Shown: positions 1-13,530, counted from the first letter of the stretch. The stretch is 64,000 nt of DNA from Mobula hypostoma (GCF_963921235.1 NC_086097.1:6882001-6946000), one strand, 5' to 3'. Translations and numbers: made by a program. Notes: generated by a model from the letters alone, not told the origin.

Positions 1-881
1 GCATGCGCCACCCACCCTTGAATAGATACCCAAGTCAGAGAAAACATCAACTCAATATCTGTTCTGTCAAGTTCTATAAGTTTCAATGAGACCTAATGCT
101 TATAAACTCAAATATATGTTTAATATGTAATCCCAGTCTTGTTAATTTCTCTAAGATAGCAAAACTCTGCCCCAGAAATCAATATGATAAACCTTCGCTG
201 CTCCACCTTGACAAAACTGCCATTGAACCGAATTACTGAATACTTTTTCTGTGCAGTTTCTGTAAGTGATGACCAACAGAATAGTTCAGAAGGGGGAAGA
301 ATAAAAAAAGCAAAGCAAACTACAACTATAACTCATGTTCTCAATATTTGTTGCTTATCTATTTATTATTATTACTCCTTTTTTTCTCTTTTTGTATTTG
401 CACAGTCAGTAGTCTTTTGCACACTGATGTTCATCAGTCTTTGTCGTGTGTGGTTTTTCATTGGTTCTGTAGTCTTCCCTTGCAGTTACTGTGAATGCCC
501 ACAGGAAAATAAATCTCAGAGTTGTACATGTATGTATTTGATGGTAAATTTACTTTGAACGTTGATCTTTCAAGCTGTGTAAGCTGAAGGCTAAGGCTGG
601 TGGGGAGGTGGGATTATTTTGTTTGATATCGCTGTTAAATTAATTACCAATAGCTTCCCAAATGTGATTTTCTTAGCATTTCTCTATTTTGTTAGTGCTG
701 TTAATAAATAAATTTTGAAACTTTCATTCATAGCAAAAAAGGGCACAGGTACCTCTACTCACTGAGGAATCTAAAGAAATTCAGCATAGTTCCAGGTTGA
801 TTCAGAATTAGAAACAGGTTTAATATCACCAGCATAGGTCGTGAAAGTTATTGTTATATGGCAACAGTACAAAGCAAACAA

Positions 882-2562
882 AATAGAAACCATAGAAAAA
901 CTACAGCACAGAAACAGGACTTTCGGCCCTTCTTGGCTGTGCTGAACCATTTTCTGCCTAGTCCCACTGACCTGCACACGGACCATATCCCTCCATACAC
1001 CTCCCATCCATGTATCTGGTCCAATTTATTCTTAAATGTTAAAAAAGAACCCACATTTACCACCTCGCCTGGCAGCTCATTCTATACTCCCACCACTCTC
1101 TGTGTGAAGAAGCCCCCCCCCAATGTTCCCTTTAAACTTTTCCCCCCTCACCCTTAACCCATGTCCTCTGGTTTTTCTCTCCCCTTGCCTCAGTGGAAAA
1201 AGCCTGCTTGCATTCACTCTAATAATTTTATATACCTCTATCAAATCTCCCCTCATTCTTCTACGCTCCAGGGAATAAAGTCCTAACCTATTCAACCTTT
1301 CTCTGTAACTGAGTTTCTCAAGTCTCGGCAACATCCTTGTAAACTTTCTCTGCACTCTTTCAACCTTATTTATATCCTTCCTTTAATTTGGTGACCAAAA
1401 CTGAACACAATACTCCAGATTCGGCCTCACCAATGCCTTATACAACCTCATCATAACATTCCAGCTCTTATACTCAATACTTTGATTAATAAAGGCAATG
1501 TACCAAAAGCTCTCTTTACGACCCAATCTCCCTGTGACGCCACTTTTAGGGAATTTTGTATCTGTATTCCCAGATCCCTCTGTTCCACTGCACTCCTCAG
1601 TGCCTTACCATTAACCCTGTATGTTCTACGTTGGTTTGTCCTTCCAACGTGCAATACCTCACACTTGTCTGTATTAATCTCCATCTGCCATTTTTCAGCC
1701 CATTTTTCCAGCTGGTCCAAGTCCCTCTGCAGGCTCTGAAAACCTTCCTCACTGTCTACTACACCTCCAATCTTTGTATCATCAGCAAATTTGCTGATCC
1801 AATTTACCACATTATCATCCAGATCATTGATATAGATGACAAATAACAATGGACCCAGCACTGATCCCTGTGGCACACCACTAGTCACAGGCCTCCACTC
1901 AGAGAAGCAATTCTCTACCACCACTCTTTGGCTTCTTCCATTGAGCCAATGTCTAATCCAATTTACCACCTCTCCATGTATACCTAGCCACTGAATTTTC
2001 CTAACTAACCTCCCATGCGGGACCTTGTCAAAGCCCTTACTGAAGTCCATGTAGACAATATCCACTGCCTTCCTTTCATCCACTTTCCTGGTAACCTCCT
2101 CGAAAAACTCCAACAGATTGGTCAAACATGACCTACCACGCACAAAGCCATGTTGACTCTCCCTAATAAGTCCCTGTCTATCCAAATGCTTGTAGATTCT
2201 GTCTCTTAGTACTCCCTCCAATAACTTACCTACTACCGATGTGAAACTTACCGGCCTATAATTTCCCGGATTACTTTTCGATCCTTTTTTTAAACAATGG
2301 AACAACATGAGCCACTCTCCAATCCTCTGGCACCTCACCTGTAGACAGCGACATTTTAAATATTTCTGCCAGGGCATTGCAATTTCAACACTAGTCTCCT
2401 TCAAGGTCCGAGGGAACACCCTGTCAGGTCCCGGGGATTTATCCACTTTAATTTTCCTCAAGACAGCAAGCACCTCCTCCTTTTCGATCTGTACAGTTTC
2501 CATGATCTCGCTACTTGTTTCCCTTAATTCCATAGACTTCATGCCAGTTTCCTTAGTAAATA
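882..2562 (-). mobile_element. CR1 LINE, 5'-truncated (ORF2 RT and 3' tail), frameshifted
   Basis: ORF 1451..2542 has KSPGPD, NYRPVS, QHGF, GVPQGSVLGP and KFADD. ORF 1077..1355 is the CR1 C-terminus (RRRMRGDLIEVYK). Tail reads atagaaaccatagaaa on +. Inserted in a Rex1-tail-like repeat (808-880 / 2563-2690). Confidence 0.95.
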
Positions 2563-3424
2563 ACAGAAAAAAAAACCCATGAATTACAGGAAATATTCAC
2601 TGTATATATAGTAAATAGATAAATTAAATAAGTAGCTCAAAAATAGAATTAAAAAGGTAGTGAGGTTGTGTTCACGGGTTAGAAATCAGATTCTCACTAA
2701 TTTTTATAGATGCACCTTTGAAAGTCACATCTCCATTCGGAGGCATTGAGCCATAATATAGTTACTGACACAACACACTTTGTATTTCAATGTATTTATT
2801 ACTTTAGTAACTTACTAAAATAAAATGACAAGCATTATTACAGTTTCCTTGTTCAGAAAAATGTTTTCAAATTCCAGGAGTATAAGAAATGTCATTTGCA
2901 ATGTGCTATACAAGCAACTGGTTAAAACCTCCAGTGAATATTTTTGAAAAAACAGAATTTTTCTCAGGTGACTTCTTTTGTAAAATGTGAAATGCAATGC
3001 ACGGCGCTGTGTGTCCATTCTCCCCCCTTGCAGTAACTGAAGATGGCACTGTGTCCCAGGCTATACTATTTACATATGGTAATGGCAGCTCTTATTTGTG
3101 AGGATCTGAACACAGTTGCAGGGAAACTTCAGTGTCACTGGGCACACAGATCTACTGCAACGTGTGACATTTAAAATCATGACAATGAATTTTAATGTGC
3201 AAGAATTATCAGAAAGTATGAACTAGTTCAATTCTAATGTTATGTATACAAGGCTGAGATTTAATGCTGCATAGTTACAAGCATTTGCTCTCTTCTCTGT
3301 GTAGTTCTGGACTTAATGTCTGGCACTGGGTAAGAAAATGATTTGCAGTACCATGGTGATTTGAATGGAGTTTACAGAACACAAACAGGGCATTTGGCCC
3401 AAATTATCTTTCCTGGATCTTATG

Positions 3425-3505
3425 CTTCCTCTGAACCTTCAGCTAAATTCTTCCTCTAAGTTCTTCATCTAAATTCTTCAGCTGAATTCCACTTCTAAAT
3501 TCTTC
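3425..3505. repeat. 13-bp minisatellite, about 6 degenerate units (CTTCA/CxCTAAATT)
   Basis: Consecutive units cttcagctaaatt / cttcctctaagtt / cttcatctaaatt / cttcagctgaatt / ccacttctaaatt. Confidence 0.75.
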
Positions 3506-3671
3506 TTCTTTCTCCTCTGCAAATGTATCTTAATCACCTCAGCCTTTCAATTCTATAGCAACTCAGAAAGAGTTCTAATCAGAAAGAGGAAACTTTGATT
3601 CACATGTGCCATTGGCATCCATTTTACAAGCCTGCGTTTTTCTAAAAGGAGCTAAATTAATCAAAAATTTT

Positions 3672-3905
3672 TAAATCTGCAGATGCTGGAGATCTGAAAC
3701 AAAAACAGGAAAATGCTAGGAAAACTCAGCAAGTCAAGCAACATCTGTGGAAAGAGAAACATTTAATGTTCAGCAAACCTTTGTCAGAACTAACTCTCCC
3801 TAAATGCATGAAGCAACACAATGCATGTTTAGTGACTTTATTTTTACAGATGGTGGCGTGGTTTTTGATTTTTTTTTCCAGCATTTTCTGGTTTTGTTTC
3901 AGCTC
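3672..3905. mobile_element. Old PLE pseudo-LTR derivative with a short inverted arm
   Basis: aatctgcagatgctggagatctgaaacaaaaacaggaaaatgct resembles the PLE 3' tail seen elsewhere in the window. An inverted copy (ccagcattttctggttttgtttcag) lies at about 3878-3902. Confidence 0.55.
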
Positions 3906-4009
3906 AGTTAATTCCATTTTCATCTTCCTTTCGTAATTTTCTCTTCTGAAAATTTTGTTATATGCACATCATCAAAATCCACAACATTGCAATATGTTTC
4001 CTGTAGTGC

Positions 4010-4087
4010 TGAGGCTCCCAATCTTTTTATGCCATGGAGGCCTACTATTAACTGAGGGATCCATGGACCCAATATTGGGAACCCCTG
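4010..4087. mobile_element. ~80-bp hAT-like MITE (cagggg(t)tcccaa...ttgggaacccctg)
   Basis: Terminal inverted repeats and a shared core (atgccatgga...ccatggaccc). Related copies at 12125-12221, 9483-10070 (interrupted) and 49265-49310. Confidence 0.6.
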
Positions 4088-4089
4088 CT

Positions 4090-4410
4090 ATTGTGGGGGA
4101 GTCTAGGACCAGAGGGCACAGCCTTAGAATAGAGCGATATCTCTTTAGAACAGTAGATGAGGAGTAACTTCTTTAGACAGAGGGTAATGAATCTACCACA
4201 TTGCCACAGACGACTGTGGAAGCCAAATCATTGAGTACATTTAAGGGAGAGGTTGACAGGTTCTTGATTAACGGGGTGTAAAAGGCAATGGAGGGAAGGC
4301 AGGAGTACGAGGTTGAGAAGGATAATGAATCAGCCATGATGAAATGGCAGAGCAGACTCTATAAGCAGAATGGCCTAATTCTGCTCCCATGTCATATGGT
4401 CTTATGGTTT
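4090..4410 (+). mobile_element. CR1 3' fragment
   Basis: Translates GESRTRGHSLRIE. The 3' UTR ends in tcatatggtcttatgg. Confidence 0.85.
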
Positions 4411-4551
4411 TATGATCTGTGAGCTTGGGAGTGAATGGCTATTTGACTCTATGTTTCTTCCAATCTATTTCCACTCCTGTCCACAGATATCCATAGGGAA
4501 CTGAATGGGTAATCATCCATAGCAGCAAGGTATGTGGCACTTTATTAGCTA

Positions 4552-4800
4552 ATAATAATAAAAATAATTTATTTATAAAGCACCTTTCACACCAACAATG
4601 TAGTTCAAACTGTTTTACAATGGGATAAAGTGTAAAGATGAAAATAAAAGACAAAAAATGTGACTTAAGAGCAAGGTTAAATAAATAGGCTTTGATCTGG
4701 TGTTTAAAAGTGTCAGTCAAGTCTGCATCCCTTATAGCTTTAGGTATTGAATTCCATAGTATAGAAGCATAGTTCAAAAAAGCTGAGCTTTTGAAGCCTA
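4552..4800 (-). mobile_element. L2 LINE 3' end
   Basis: ORF 4439..4984 contains SAFLNYASILWNSIPKAIRDA...FKHQIKAYLF, a typical L2 ORF2 C-terminus, followed by a short tail with (TTA)n. Confidence 0.75.
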
Positions 4801-4940
4801 TCTTCTGTGGGTCCATCCAAAGAGATGAATGGAAAATGTCCGAATCAGGTTTAAAATTACAGGGATATGTTATGAAATTTGTTGTTATGTAGTACAGTAC
4901 ATTGTAATATTTAATAAAAACTGTAATTCTGTATGTGTGC

Positions 4941-4944
<4 letters not shown>

Positions 4945-4977
<33 letters not shown>
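4945..4977. repeat. (TA)n microsatellite
   Basis: Pure TA run abutting the CR1 3' end. Confidence 0.95.
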
Positions 4978-4981
<4 letters not shown>

Positions 4982-6905
4982 CATAGAACACTACAGCACA
5001 GAAAACAGGCCATTCGGCCCTTCTAGTCTGTGCCAAAACATTATTCCGCTAGTCCCATTGATCTGCATCCAGTCCATGACCCTCCAGACCTCTCCCATTC
5101 ATGTACCTATCCAATTTATTCTTAAAACTTAAGAGTGAGCCCGCATTTACCACATCAGATGACAGCTTGTTCCACACTCCCACCACTCTCTCAGTGAAGA
5201 AGCTCCTCCTAATGTTCCCCCTAAACCTTTCCCCTTTCACCCTAAAGCTATGTCACCTCGTATTTATCTCTCCTAATCTAAGTGGAAAGAGCCTATTCAC
5301 ATTTACTCTGTCTATACCCCTCATAATTTTGTAAACCTCTTATCAAATCTCCCCTCATTCTTCTACGCTCCAAGGAATAAAGTCCTAACCTATTCAATCT
5401 TTCCCTGTAACTCAACTCCTGAAGACCTGGAAACACCCTAGTAAATCCTCTCAGCACTCTTTCAATCTTACTGATATCCTTCCTATGGTTAGGTGACTAG
5501 AACTGTACGCAATACTCCAAATTTGGCCTCACCAATGTCTTATATAATCTCCCCATAACATCCCAACTCCTATACTCAATACTTTGATTTATGAATGCCA
5601 GGATGCCAAAAGCCTTCTTTACAACCCTGTCTACCTGTGACATCACTTTCAGGGAATTATGTATCTGAACTCGCAGGTTTCTTTGTTCCACTGCACTCCT
5701 CAGTGCCCTACCATTTAGTGTGTATGTCCTACCTTGATTTGTCCTTCCAAAACGCAACACCTCACACTTGTCTGCATTAAGTTCCATCTGCCACTTTCTG
5801 GTCCACCCCTCCAGTTGGTCTAGCTCCCTCTGCAAGCTTTCAAAGCCTTCCTTGCTGTCCACAACGCCTCCAATCTAAGTGTCATCAGCAAACTTGCTGA
5901 TACAGTTTACCACATTATTATACACATCATTAATAGAGACAACAAACAACAATGGTCTCACCACAGATCCTTGAGGCACACCACCAGTTACAGGCCTCCA
6001 GTCTCATAAGCAATCATCCACCACCACTCTCTGTCTTCTCCCACACAGCCAATTTTGAATCCAGTTTACAACCTCTCCATAGATACCTAGTGTCTGAACC
6101 TTCTGAACTAACCTCCCATGTGGGACCTTGTCAAAGGACTTACTACAGTGCATATAGACAACATCCACAGCCTTTCCTTCGTCTACTTTCTTGGTAACTC
6201 TGCAAGATTCATTAAACACGATCTACTACACACAAAGCCATGCTGAATATCCTTAATCAGCCCTTGGCTATCCAAATACTTGTATATCCGATCTCTCAGA
6301 ACACCTTCCAATAATTTACCTACTACTGATGTCAGGCTCACGGGCCTGTAATTACCTGGTTTACTTTTGGAGCCTTTTTTAAACAACGGAACAACATGAG
6401 CTACCCTCTAATCCTCTGGCATCATACCCGTGGCTCAGGACATTTTAAATATGGCCATGGTCTCTGCAATTTCTACACTAGTCTCTCTCAAGGTCCGAGG
6501 AAATATCATGTCAGGCCCGATGGATTTATCTACCTTTATTCGCTGTAAGGCAGCAAGCACCTCCTCCTCTTTAATCTCTGTATGTTCCATGACACTGCTG
6601 CTTGTTTCCCTTCCTTCCATATACACTCTGCCAGTTTCCTGAGTAAATACAGATGCAAAAAATTGTTTAAGATCTCCCCATCTTGCAAGGCTCCACACAT
6701 AGACGACCACTTTGATCTTCTAGGGGACCAATTTTGTCCCTTACTATCCTTTTACTCTTAATATACTTGCAGAAACCGTTCGGGTTTACCTTCACATTAT
6801 CTGCCAAAGCAACCTCATGTCTTCTTTTTGCCTTCCTGATTTCCTTCTTTAGTATTTTCTTACATTTTCTATACTCTTCAAGTACCTCATTTGTTCCTTG
6901 TTGCC
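4974..6905 (-). mobile_element. CR1 LINE, 5'-truncated, disrupted
   Basis: ORFs 5049..5240, 5497..5862, 6004..6219, 6183..6386 and 6435..6710 are collinear CR1 ORF2 pieces. Confidence 0.95.
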
Positions 6906-7534
6906 ATATATAACTATATATATGAAGTTAAACTAAGTAAGTAGTGCAAAAACAGAAGAAAAGTTGTGAGGTAGTGTTCATGGATTCATTGCCCATTCAG
7001 AAATCTGATGGCAGAGGGAAGAAGTAATTCCTGAACCATTGCGTGTGCTTCTTCAGGCTCCTTTATTTCCTTGATGGTAGCAATTAGAAGAGGGAATGTC
7101 CTGGGTGATTTTTGTACGAAGTCTGTTGTACAGATAACATTTTAACTAAGGCTCAATAAAATAGTTTATCATGCTTAATCCTGCCAAGGAAGGCCTATCC
7201 AGCCTAATCCTACAAACCAGCTCTCCACCTAACTTTCATCCAAAGATTTTTTTAACTGGAGGTCATATACCTGAAGCAACCATTTAATGCAATGCTCTGC
7301 TTAATGAGCAGAACACACTGTTGAAAGTAATCATTTAACATTTTTCTCGCATACAGTGACTGCTCTCCTTAACAAAGAAGAATTTGGGAATTTTGTTAGT
7401 TCCTATATCCCAGTACAGCTGAAATACCGAGCCAACTCAACCTTCTGTGGGACAGACTTGTAAAACCAGTGCTTGAGTAAGAGATTCCTATGGTGTTTGG
7501 GATGTCATTAAAGGACATCTAGCTTTAAGATTTA

Positions 7535-9161
7535 CAGTCGCAATAAAATGTATTCACCCCACCCCATTGGAAGTTTTCATGTTTTATTGTTTTATAACAT
7601 TGAATAACAGTGGATTTCAGTTGGCTTTTTTTAACACTGATCAACTGAAAAAGACTCATTCATGTCAAAGTGAAAACAGATCTCTACAATGTGATGTAAA
7701 TTAATTATGAATATAAAACACAAAATAACTGATTGCAGAAGTATTCACCCCCTTTATCGTGACACATCAAATCATCACTGGTGCAGTTAATTGGTTTTAG
7801 AAGTCAAATAATTAGTTAAATGGAAATCACCTGTGTGCAGTCAAGGGGATTCAATTGATTGTAGTGAAAATATACCTGTATCCAGAAGGTCCAATTGCTG
7901 GTGACTTCTGTCAAAAACTATGCCATGAAGACAAAAGAATACTCCAAGCAAAAAGTCATTGAAAAACACAAGTCAGGAGATGGATACAAGATAACTTTCA
8001 AGTCACTAAATACTCCTTGGAGTACAACTAAGTCAATCATCAAAAAATGAAGAGATTATGGCACAGCTGTAAATGACCAAGAACAGGCCATCCTCAAAAA
8101 CTGAGTGACTGTGCAAGAAGGGGACTAGTGAGGGAGGCCACCAAGAGAACCATGACAACTCTGGAGAAGTTACAAGCTTCAGCAGCTGAGATAGGAGAGG
8201 CCGTGCAAGCAGCTACTATCCGGGTGCTTCACCAGTCGCAGCTTTATGGGCAAGTGGCAAAGAGAAAGCCACTGTTGGAGAAAAAAACTCACATGAAATA
8301 TTGGCTAGAGTTTGGCTGAAGGCATGTGAAGGCATGAAGGCATTCTGAAGTCAGCTGGAAGAAGGTTCCATCATCTGATGAAACCAACATTGAGCTTTTT
8401 GGCCAACAGACTAAGCGCTATGTTTGGCATAAGCTAAACAATACATATAATCAAAAACACACCACCCCTACTGTGAAGCATGGTGGCGGCTATGTCATGC
8501 TGTGGGGATACTTCACTGCAACAGGCCCTGGAAGGCTTGTGAAGGTAGAGGGCAAAATGAATGCAACAAAATACAGGGATATCCTGGAGGAAAACCTAAT
8601 GCAATCTGCAAGAGAACTGCGACTTGGGAAACAATTTTTCTTCCAACAAGACAATGACCCCAAGCATAAACCAAAGCTACCTAGGAATGGCTTTAAAACA
8701 ACAAAGTTAAAGTCCTGGAGTGGCCAAGTCGATCTATATCTCAATCCAACCAAGAATTTGTAACTGGACTTGAAAAGGGCAGCTCACTTATGGTCACCAT
8801 GCAATGTGACAGGTCTCGAGCAGTTTTGTAAAGAAGAATGGGGAAAAATTGCAGTGTCCAGATGGGCAAAGCTGATAGAGACCTACACACACAGACTCAA
8901 GGCTGTAGTTGCTGCCAAAGGTGCATCTACTTAATACTGACTTGAAGGGGGTGAATACTTACGCAATCAATTATTTTGTATTTTATATTTGAAATTAATT
9001 TAGATCACTTTGTAGACATCTGTTTTCACTTTGACACAAAAGAGTCCTTTTCTGCTGATCAGCGTCAAAACAATGCAAATAAAGTCCACAGTGATTCAAT
9101 GTTGTAAAACAATAAAACATGAAAACTTCCAAGATAGATGAATACATTTTTATTGGCATTG
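7535..9161 (+). mobile_element. Tc1/mariner DNA transposon, Passport-like, IR/DR type, full length
   Basis: Begins TA|cagtcgcaataaaatgtattcacccc and ends tgaatacatttttattggcattg. Inverted repeats are about 220 bp (7535-7754 and 8942-9161) with an inner tattcacccc direct repeat. Confidence 0.93.
7925..8940 (+). pseudogene. Disrupted Tc1-type DDE transposase
   Basis: Reads MKTKEYSKQ..., SDETNIELFG, TVKHGGGYVMLWG, FQQDNDPKH, ...AVVAAKGAST, with several stops and frameshifts. Confidence 0.9.
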
Positions 9162-10229
9162 TTTATCGAAACTGTTGCATATGGTCTTGTGGGTGAAAGT
9201 ATAATTTTTAATCACTTAGTTGAAACTAATGGTCCTATGATGGTACCACCCAGATAACCCACAGAAACTTTCCTTGTGCTCAGTGGCAATAACGTGTACT
9301 GTTTTGGATTGTTAGGTTCTAGATTAGTAAGTTTGCAGGAGAAAACTTACTAATCAAAGGTTTGGGGGAGAAAGCAGAAAAATGGGGTTGAAACGAAATA
9401 TAAATGAGCCAAGATCAAATGGCAGAACAGACTTGACCGGTTGAATGACCGAGTTCTGCTCCTATGTCTTATGGTCGAAATCACAGGACCCCAACCTTTT
9501 TCAGATTTATTACCACCAGCATGTGTCGTGAAATTTGTTAACATAGTAGCAGCAGTTCAATGCAATACATAATACAGAAGTAAAAAAATAATTATAATAA
9601 ATAAGTAAATCAATTACAGTATAAATATATTAAATAGATTCAAAATTGTGCATAAACAAAAATACTGTATATTAAAAAAGTGAGGTAGTGTCCAAGGGCT
9701 CAATGTCCATTTAGGAATTGGATGGCGGAGGGGAAGAAGCTGTTCCTGAATCACTGAGTGTGTGCCTTCAGGCTTCTGTACCTCCTACCTGATGGTAACA
9801 GTCAGAAAAGGGCATGCCCTGGGTGCTGGGGGTCCATAATAATGGATGCTGCCTTTCTGAGACACCGCTCCTTGAAGATGTCCTGGATATTTTGTAGGCT
9901 AGTACTCAAGATGGAGCTGACTAGATTTACAACCCTCTGCAGCTTCTTTTGGTCCTGTGCAGTAGCCCCTCCCCTCCCCCCACCAATACCAGACAGTGCT
10001 GCAGCCTGTCAGAATGTATGCTGCAGGCCAATGCCATTAAGCAAAGGATCTGTGGACCCCAAGTTGGGTACTTATTATCTAAAATCTTCCAGAACCACTT
10101 TCATTTTTTAGCATTTCAGAACTCCAGCATCTATTGTATTTGCTTTTGGATTTTTACTGAAGTTGTCATTCCTTTCTGTCCTGAAATGTCCACCTTAAAG
10201 GAGGTATTCTTCAAGTCAAGTTCAAATTC

Positions 10230-10760
10230 AAGTTTAATTTCATTCAACATGTATTCAGGCAAATGAAATAGTGTTCCTCTGAGGACAAGGTGCAAAACAG
10301 TGTGCCAACAGCCAGACACAGCATTAGCACATAGGGCACATCTCGTTACAATAGCAGAAAAGCATGGAGTCACAAAAAATAATAATAATACCCAAGTGCT
10401 TAAGTGTCATGGCCTGTAGATTGATAATGCATGAGGTCATGTTCTGGAGCCACGTTTCTGCAAGAACAAGCCCGCAGCAGTTATCATCACACTCTAGTGT
10501 GGCCACAGATGGACATAATCCAGTTTGTGAGATGGGCATGATCCACCGAGTGAACACTAGAGAGCAGCATCGACACAAGAGGCCAGACTCAAATCCCACA
10601 CGGACTGCAGCGCACCCACTGCACCTCTGCTCTCTCCCATACCACCTTCGCTGTCTCCTCCCCGGGGCAGCTGCAAGACTCAATGCTGTGGCATGAGGGT
10701 CTGGTCCAGGCACAACTGAGATCAGGCAGGCAGAACCACACCGCCCCCCACCCCCCACCT
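10230..10760 (-). mobile_element. Non-autonomous Rex1-like derivative
   Basis: The tail reads aagttcaaattcaagtttaatt on + and matches the tails of the + strand copies at 20020-20520 and 45680-46105. Confidence 0.5.
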
Positions 10761-11079
10761 CCTTTCTGGCTCATTTTTTTTATTTTACCATGTCTAACTT
10801 CATTGCTTCGTGTTTCCCATTGAGTCACAGAATCAGAGTTGTAGAGTCCAGAAACCGGTCCTCCAGCCCACTCGATCATGCAGAATTCCTTGCTTTTAAC
10901 CAGGTAGCTACCAAAAATAATTTCACATTTAGGATAATGGATCAAGTTGTTTTTTTTTATTTCTGCAGTTGATAGACATAGAAGGCCTTTAAAGTTTAAA
11001 AGAAAATAAACCATTATGAACTTTACTTGAAAAATCAAGAAACTGCAATGTTGATTTTCGGGCCTCTGTTGATTTGGTT

Positions 11080-11875
11080 CGACTGTGGATGTTGCATCCC
11101 AGCTGTCTAGATATGCAAGCCTGGGCAGTACGATATGGAGGGCAAGCTGTTGCCCATGTAGTAAGCTCCCCCTCTCCACTGATCTGACGAGCCCAATAGA
11201 ATGGCGCAGACTGATACCGTTTGTCACCAGTGGGGTCACAGGAGTTTCTAGTCAGTGTTGAATTCACACTTTTTAAAAATTTCCCCATGAGTGGGTTTAG
11301 CTGCAAGGCAGCTGTCATGCCCTTTGAACTCCACAGAGTGTTGCAGATCTGTCTTCCTGGCTGTTGGATCTCACTGTAGATGTCATCCACTCCGTTCACT
11401 GGAGCTGACTTCACATGCTAGTACAGGCATGTATGTCCTTATCTCACTGAATTGCTTTCCTCTGCAACTGCACTAGGGCGAGATGATCAGACTGCAGCGT
11501 GCTGGTTCATGCAGAAACATGGCTTCAGGACAAAGTTCCATGCACCATCAATCTACAGGCCGGGTCAATCAGGGACTTGGGCTACATTTATATCATTTTT
11601 TGTTTCTGTATGAAGCCCGCCAGCTACCTTCATGTTTAACCCGCATGCTGAAGCAATATACGGGGATGTGGCTGCTTTCGCATGCAGACAGCTACTTGGA
11701 GCCACAGGGGAGAGCGGAGTGTCCAGTGGGGACCAAAAGTGAGTGAACTGCCCCAGAATGGACACAACAAGCCCCTTCACCAGAAGTGCCACCCATCCCT
11801 GGACACCCCATAACACGGGTAGACAGATGGGGGAAAAAAACCCAAAGACCACTGCATAGCTCTCACAAGTGGTCA
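11080..11875 (-). mobile_element. RTE-related repeat fragments (degenerate)
   Basis: 11090-11260 is the reverse complement of part of the 53765-54270 repeat (ttgcccatgtagtaagctccccctctccac). 11290-11870 resembles RTE 5' regions as I recall them. Confidence 0.4.
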
Positions 11876-12464
11876 CTGATCTGAAATATTAACAGTGCTT
11901 CTCACTACAGCTACTACCCGACCTATTAAGTACCCCCTGCATTTATGGGAATTGGAACTGATGTATCACTGTCAAATGTACCGAGATACAGTAAAAAGCT
12001 TGTCCTGCAAGCCTTCCATACAGAGCAGATCATTACATTAGTGCATTGAGGTAGAACAAGGTAAAGCAATAACAATACAAAATGAAATGTAACACTTACG
12101 GAGAGAGCATTGTGCATGTAAACCAGGGGTTACATAGAAACATAGAGGGTTCACAATTTCCTTATGCCATGGACCAATACCATTAAGCAAGGGGTCCATG
12201 GCCCCTAGGTTGTGTACCCTGATATAAACATTAAGGTACAAGAACATAACAAAATATATTATGAGGTTAAAAGACCAATTTATTGTACTAGGGAACTAGC
12301 TAGTAGTCTTATAACAGAGGGATAAAAACAGTCTTTGAGCCTGGTGATGTGTGCTTTCCGGCTTTTGTACCTTGTATATTTTCATTCCATGTTTCCATAA
12401 TCTACATTTTCTTTGTTTGCAATATGTTTTATTGTTTTGTATTGTTATATGGATTATATAGTTG

Positions 12465-12722
12465 AAGGGCAATGTAATGGGAAACTTCTTCACTCAAAGG
12501 GTCATCAGAGTGTGGAATGAACTGCCAGCACAAAAAGTGCATGCAAGCTTCATTTCAACGTTATAAGAGAGGTTTGGATAGGTGGATGGATGATAGGGTT
12601 ATGGGCGGCTATGGCCATGGTTCAGGTCGATAGGAGTAGTTGGTTTAAATGGTTTAGCATGGACTAGATGAACCGAAAGGCCCGTTTCTGTGCTGTACTT
12701 TTCTACGACTCTATGACTCTAT
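12465..12722 (+). mobile_element. CR1 3' fragment
   Basis: ggaaacttcttcactcaaagggt...tgtgctgtacttttctacgactctatgactcta tail. Confidence 0.85.
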
Positions 12723-12908
12723 TCATTTATCCAACAAAAAGTGAATATAAATGTTGTCTACAGTTGTTTAAAGTAATTTTATGTTCAAAACTCATGAATA
12801 GAGTTAGATCAATATAGCATAGATGCTATACTTACAATATATGTTCAAAAGCTAAAACATTACTTCATGTCAATGTATAAGCCTGCAACAAATGAGATTT
12901 CAGCAAAT

Positions 12909-13340
12909 GTCCTGAAGAAGGTTCTCAGCTCGAGATGTCAACTGTCTACAAGGCCATAAGACTATAACGTATAGGAGCAGAATGAGACCATTTGGCCCAT
13001 TGCATCTACTCTGTCATTTCATCATGGCTGATCCATTTTCCCTCTCAACACAAATCTCCTGCCTTCTCCCCGTATCCCTTCATGCCCTGACTAATCAAGA
13101 ATCTATCATCTTCTGCTTTAATATATCAAATGACTTGGCCTCCACAGCTGTCTGTGTCAGTGAATTTCACAGATTCACCACTAAAGAAATTCCTCCTGAT
13201 CTCCGTTCTAAAAGGATGCCCCTCTATTCTGAGGCTGTGTCCAATATTCATCTCCATTGATACTGCCTGACCTGCTGAGTTCCTCTGGCATTTTGTGTAC
13301 GTTGCTCTGGATTTCCAGTATCTCCAGAGTTTCTCATGTG
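12909..13340 (+). mobile_element. PLE pseudo-LTR fragment split by a - strand CR1 3' end (about 12950-13240)
   Basis: A degenerate hammerhead (gtcctgaagaagg...tcaactg) is followed by the CR1 tail. The PLE tail resumes at about 13250 (tgctgagttcctctggcattttgtg). Confidence 0.7.
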
Positions 13341-13530
13341 AATAAGTATTTTTTTTTCATTCTTAATTGATTGTCATCTTGAATTCATAATCTCACCCTG
13401 CCAGGGAGCTGTTTTTCAAATATGGTGTTGCAAAGAGTATTAATGCATCTCAAAAACACTGCTGTCATGTAACTGAATGCTAACATTTTAGGAGTCTGAG
13501 AAACAACTTAAGCAAGCATATTGTACATTA

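Noticed and set aside
3034..3078. Possible + strand micro-exon (ccccccttgcag|...TEDGTVSQAILFTY|gtaatg)
   Set aside because: No recognisable protein and no supporting exon chain.
3425..3505. Repeat array as CRISPR-like
   Set aside because: The 13-bp units are contiguous with no spacers, the context is eukaryotic and there are no cas genes.
10589..11239. 216-aa ORF
   Set aside because: It spans unrelated repeat fragments and unique DNA and has no protein motif.
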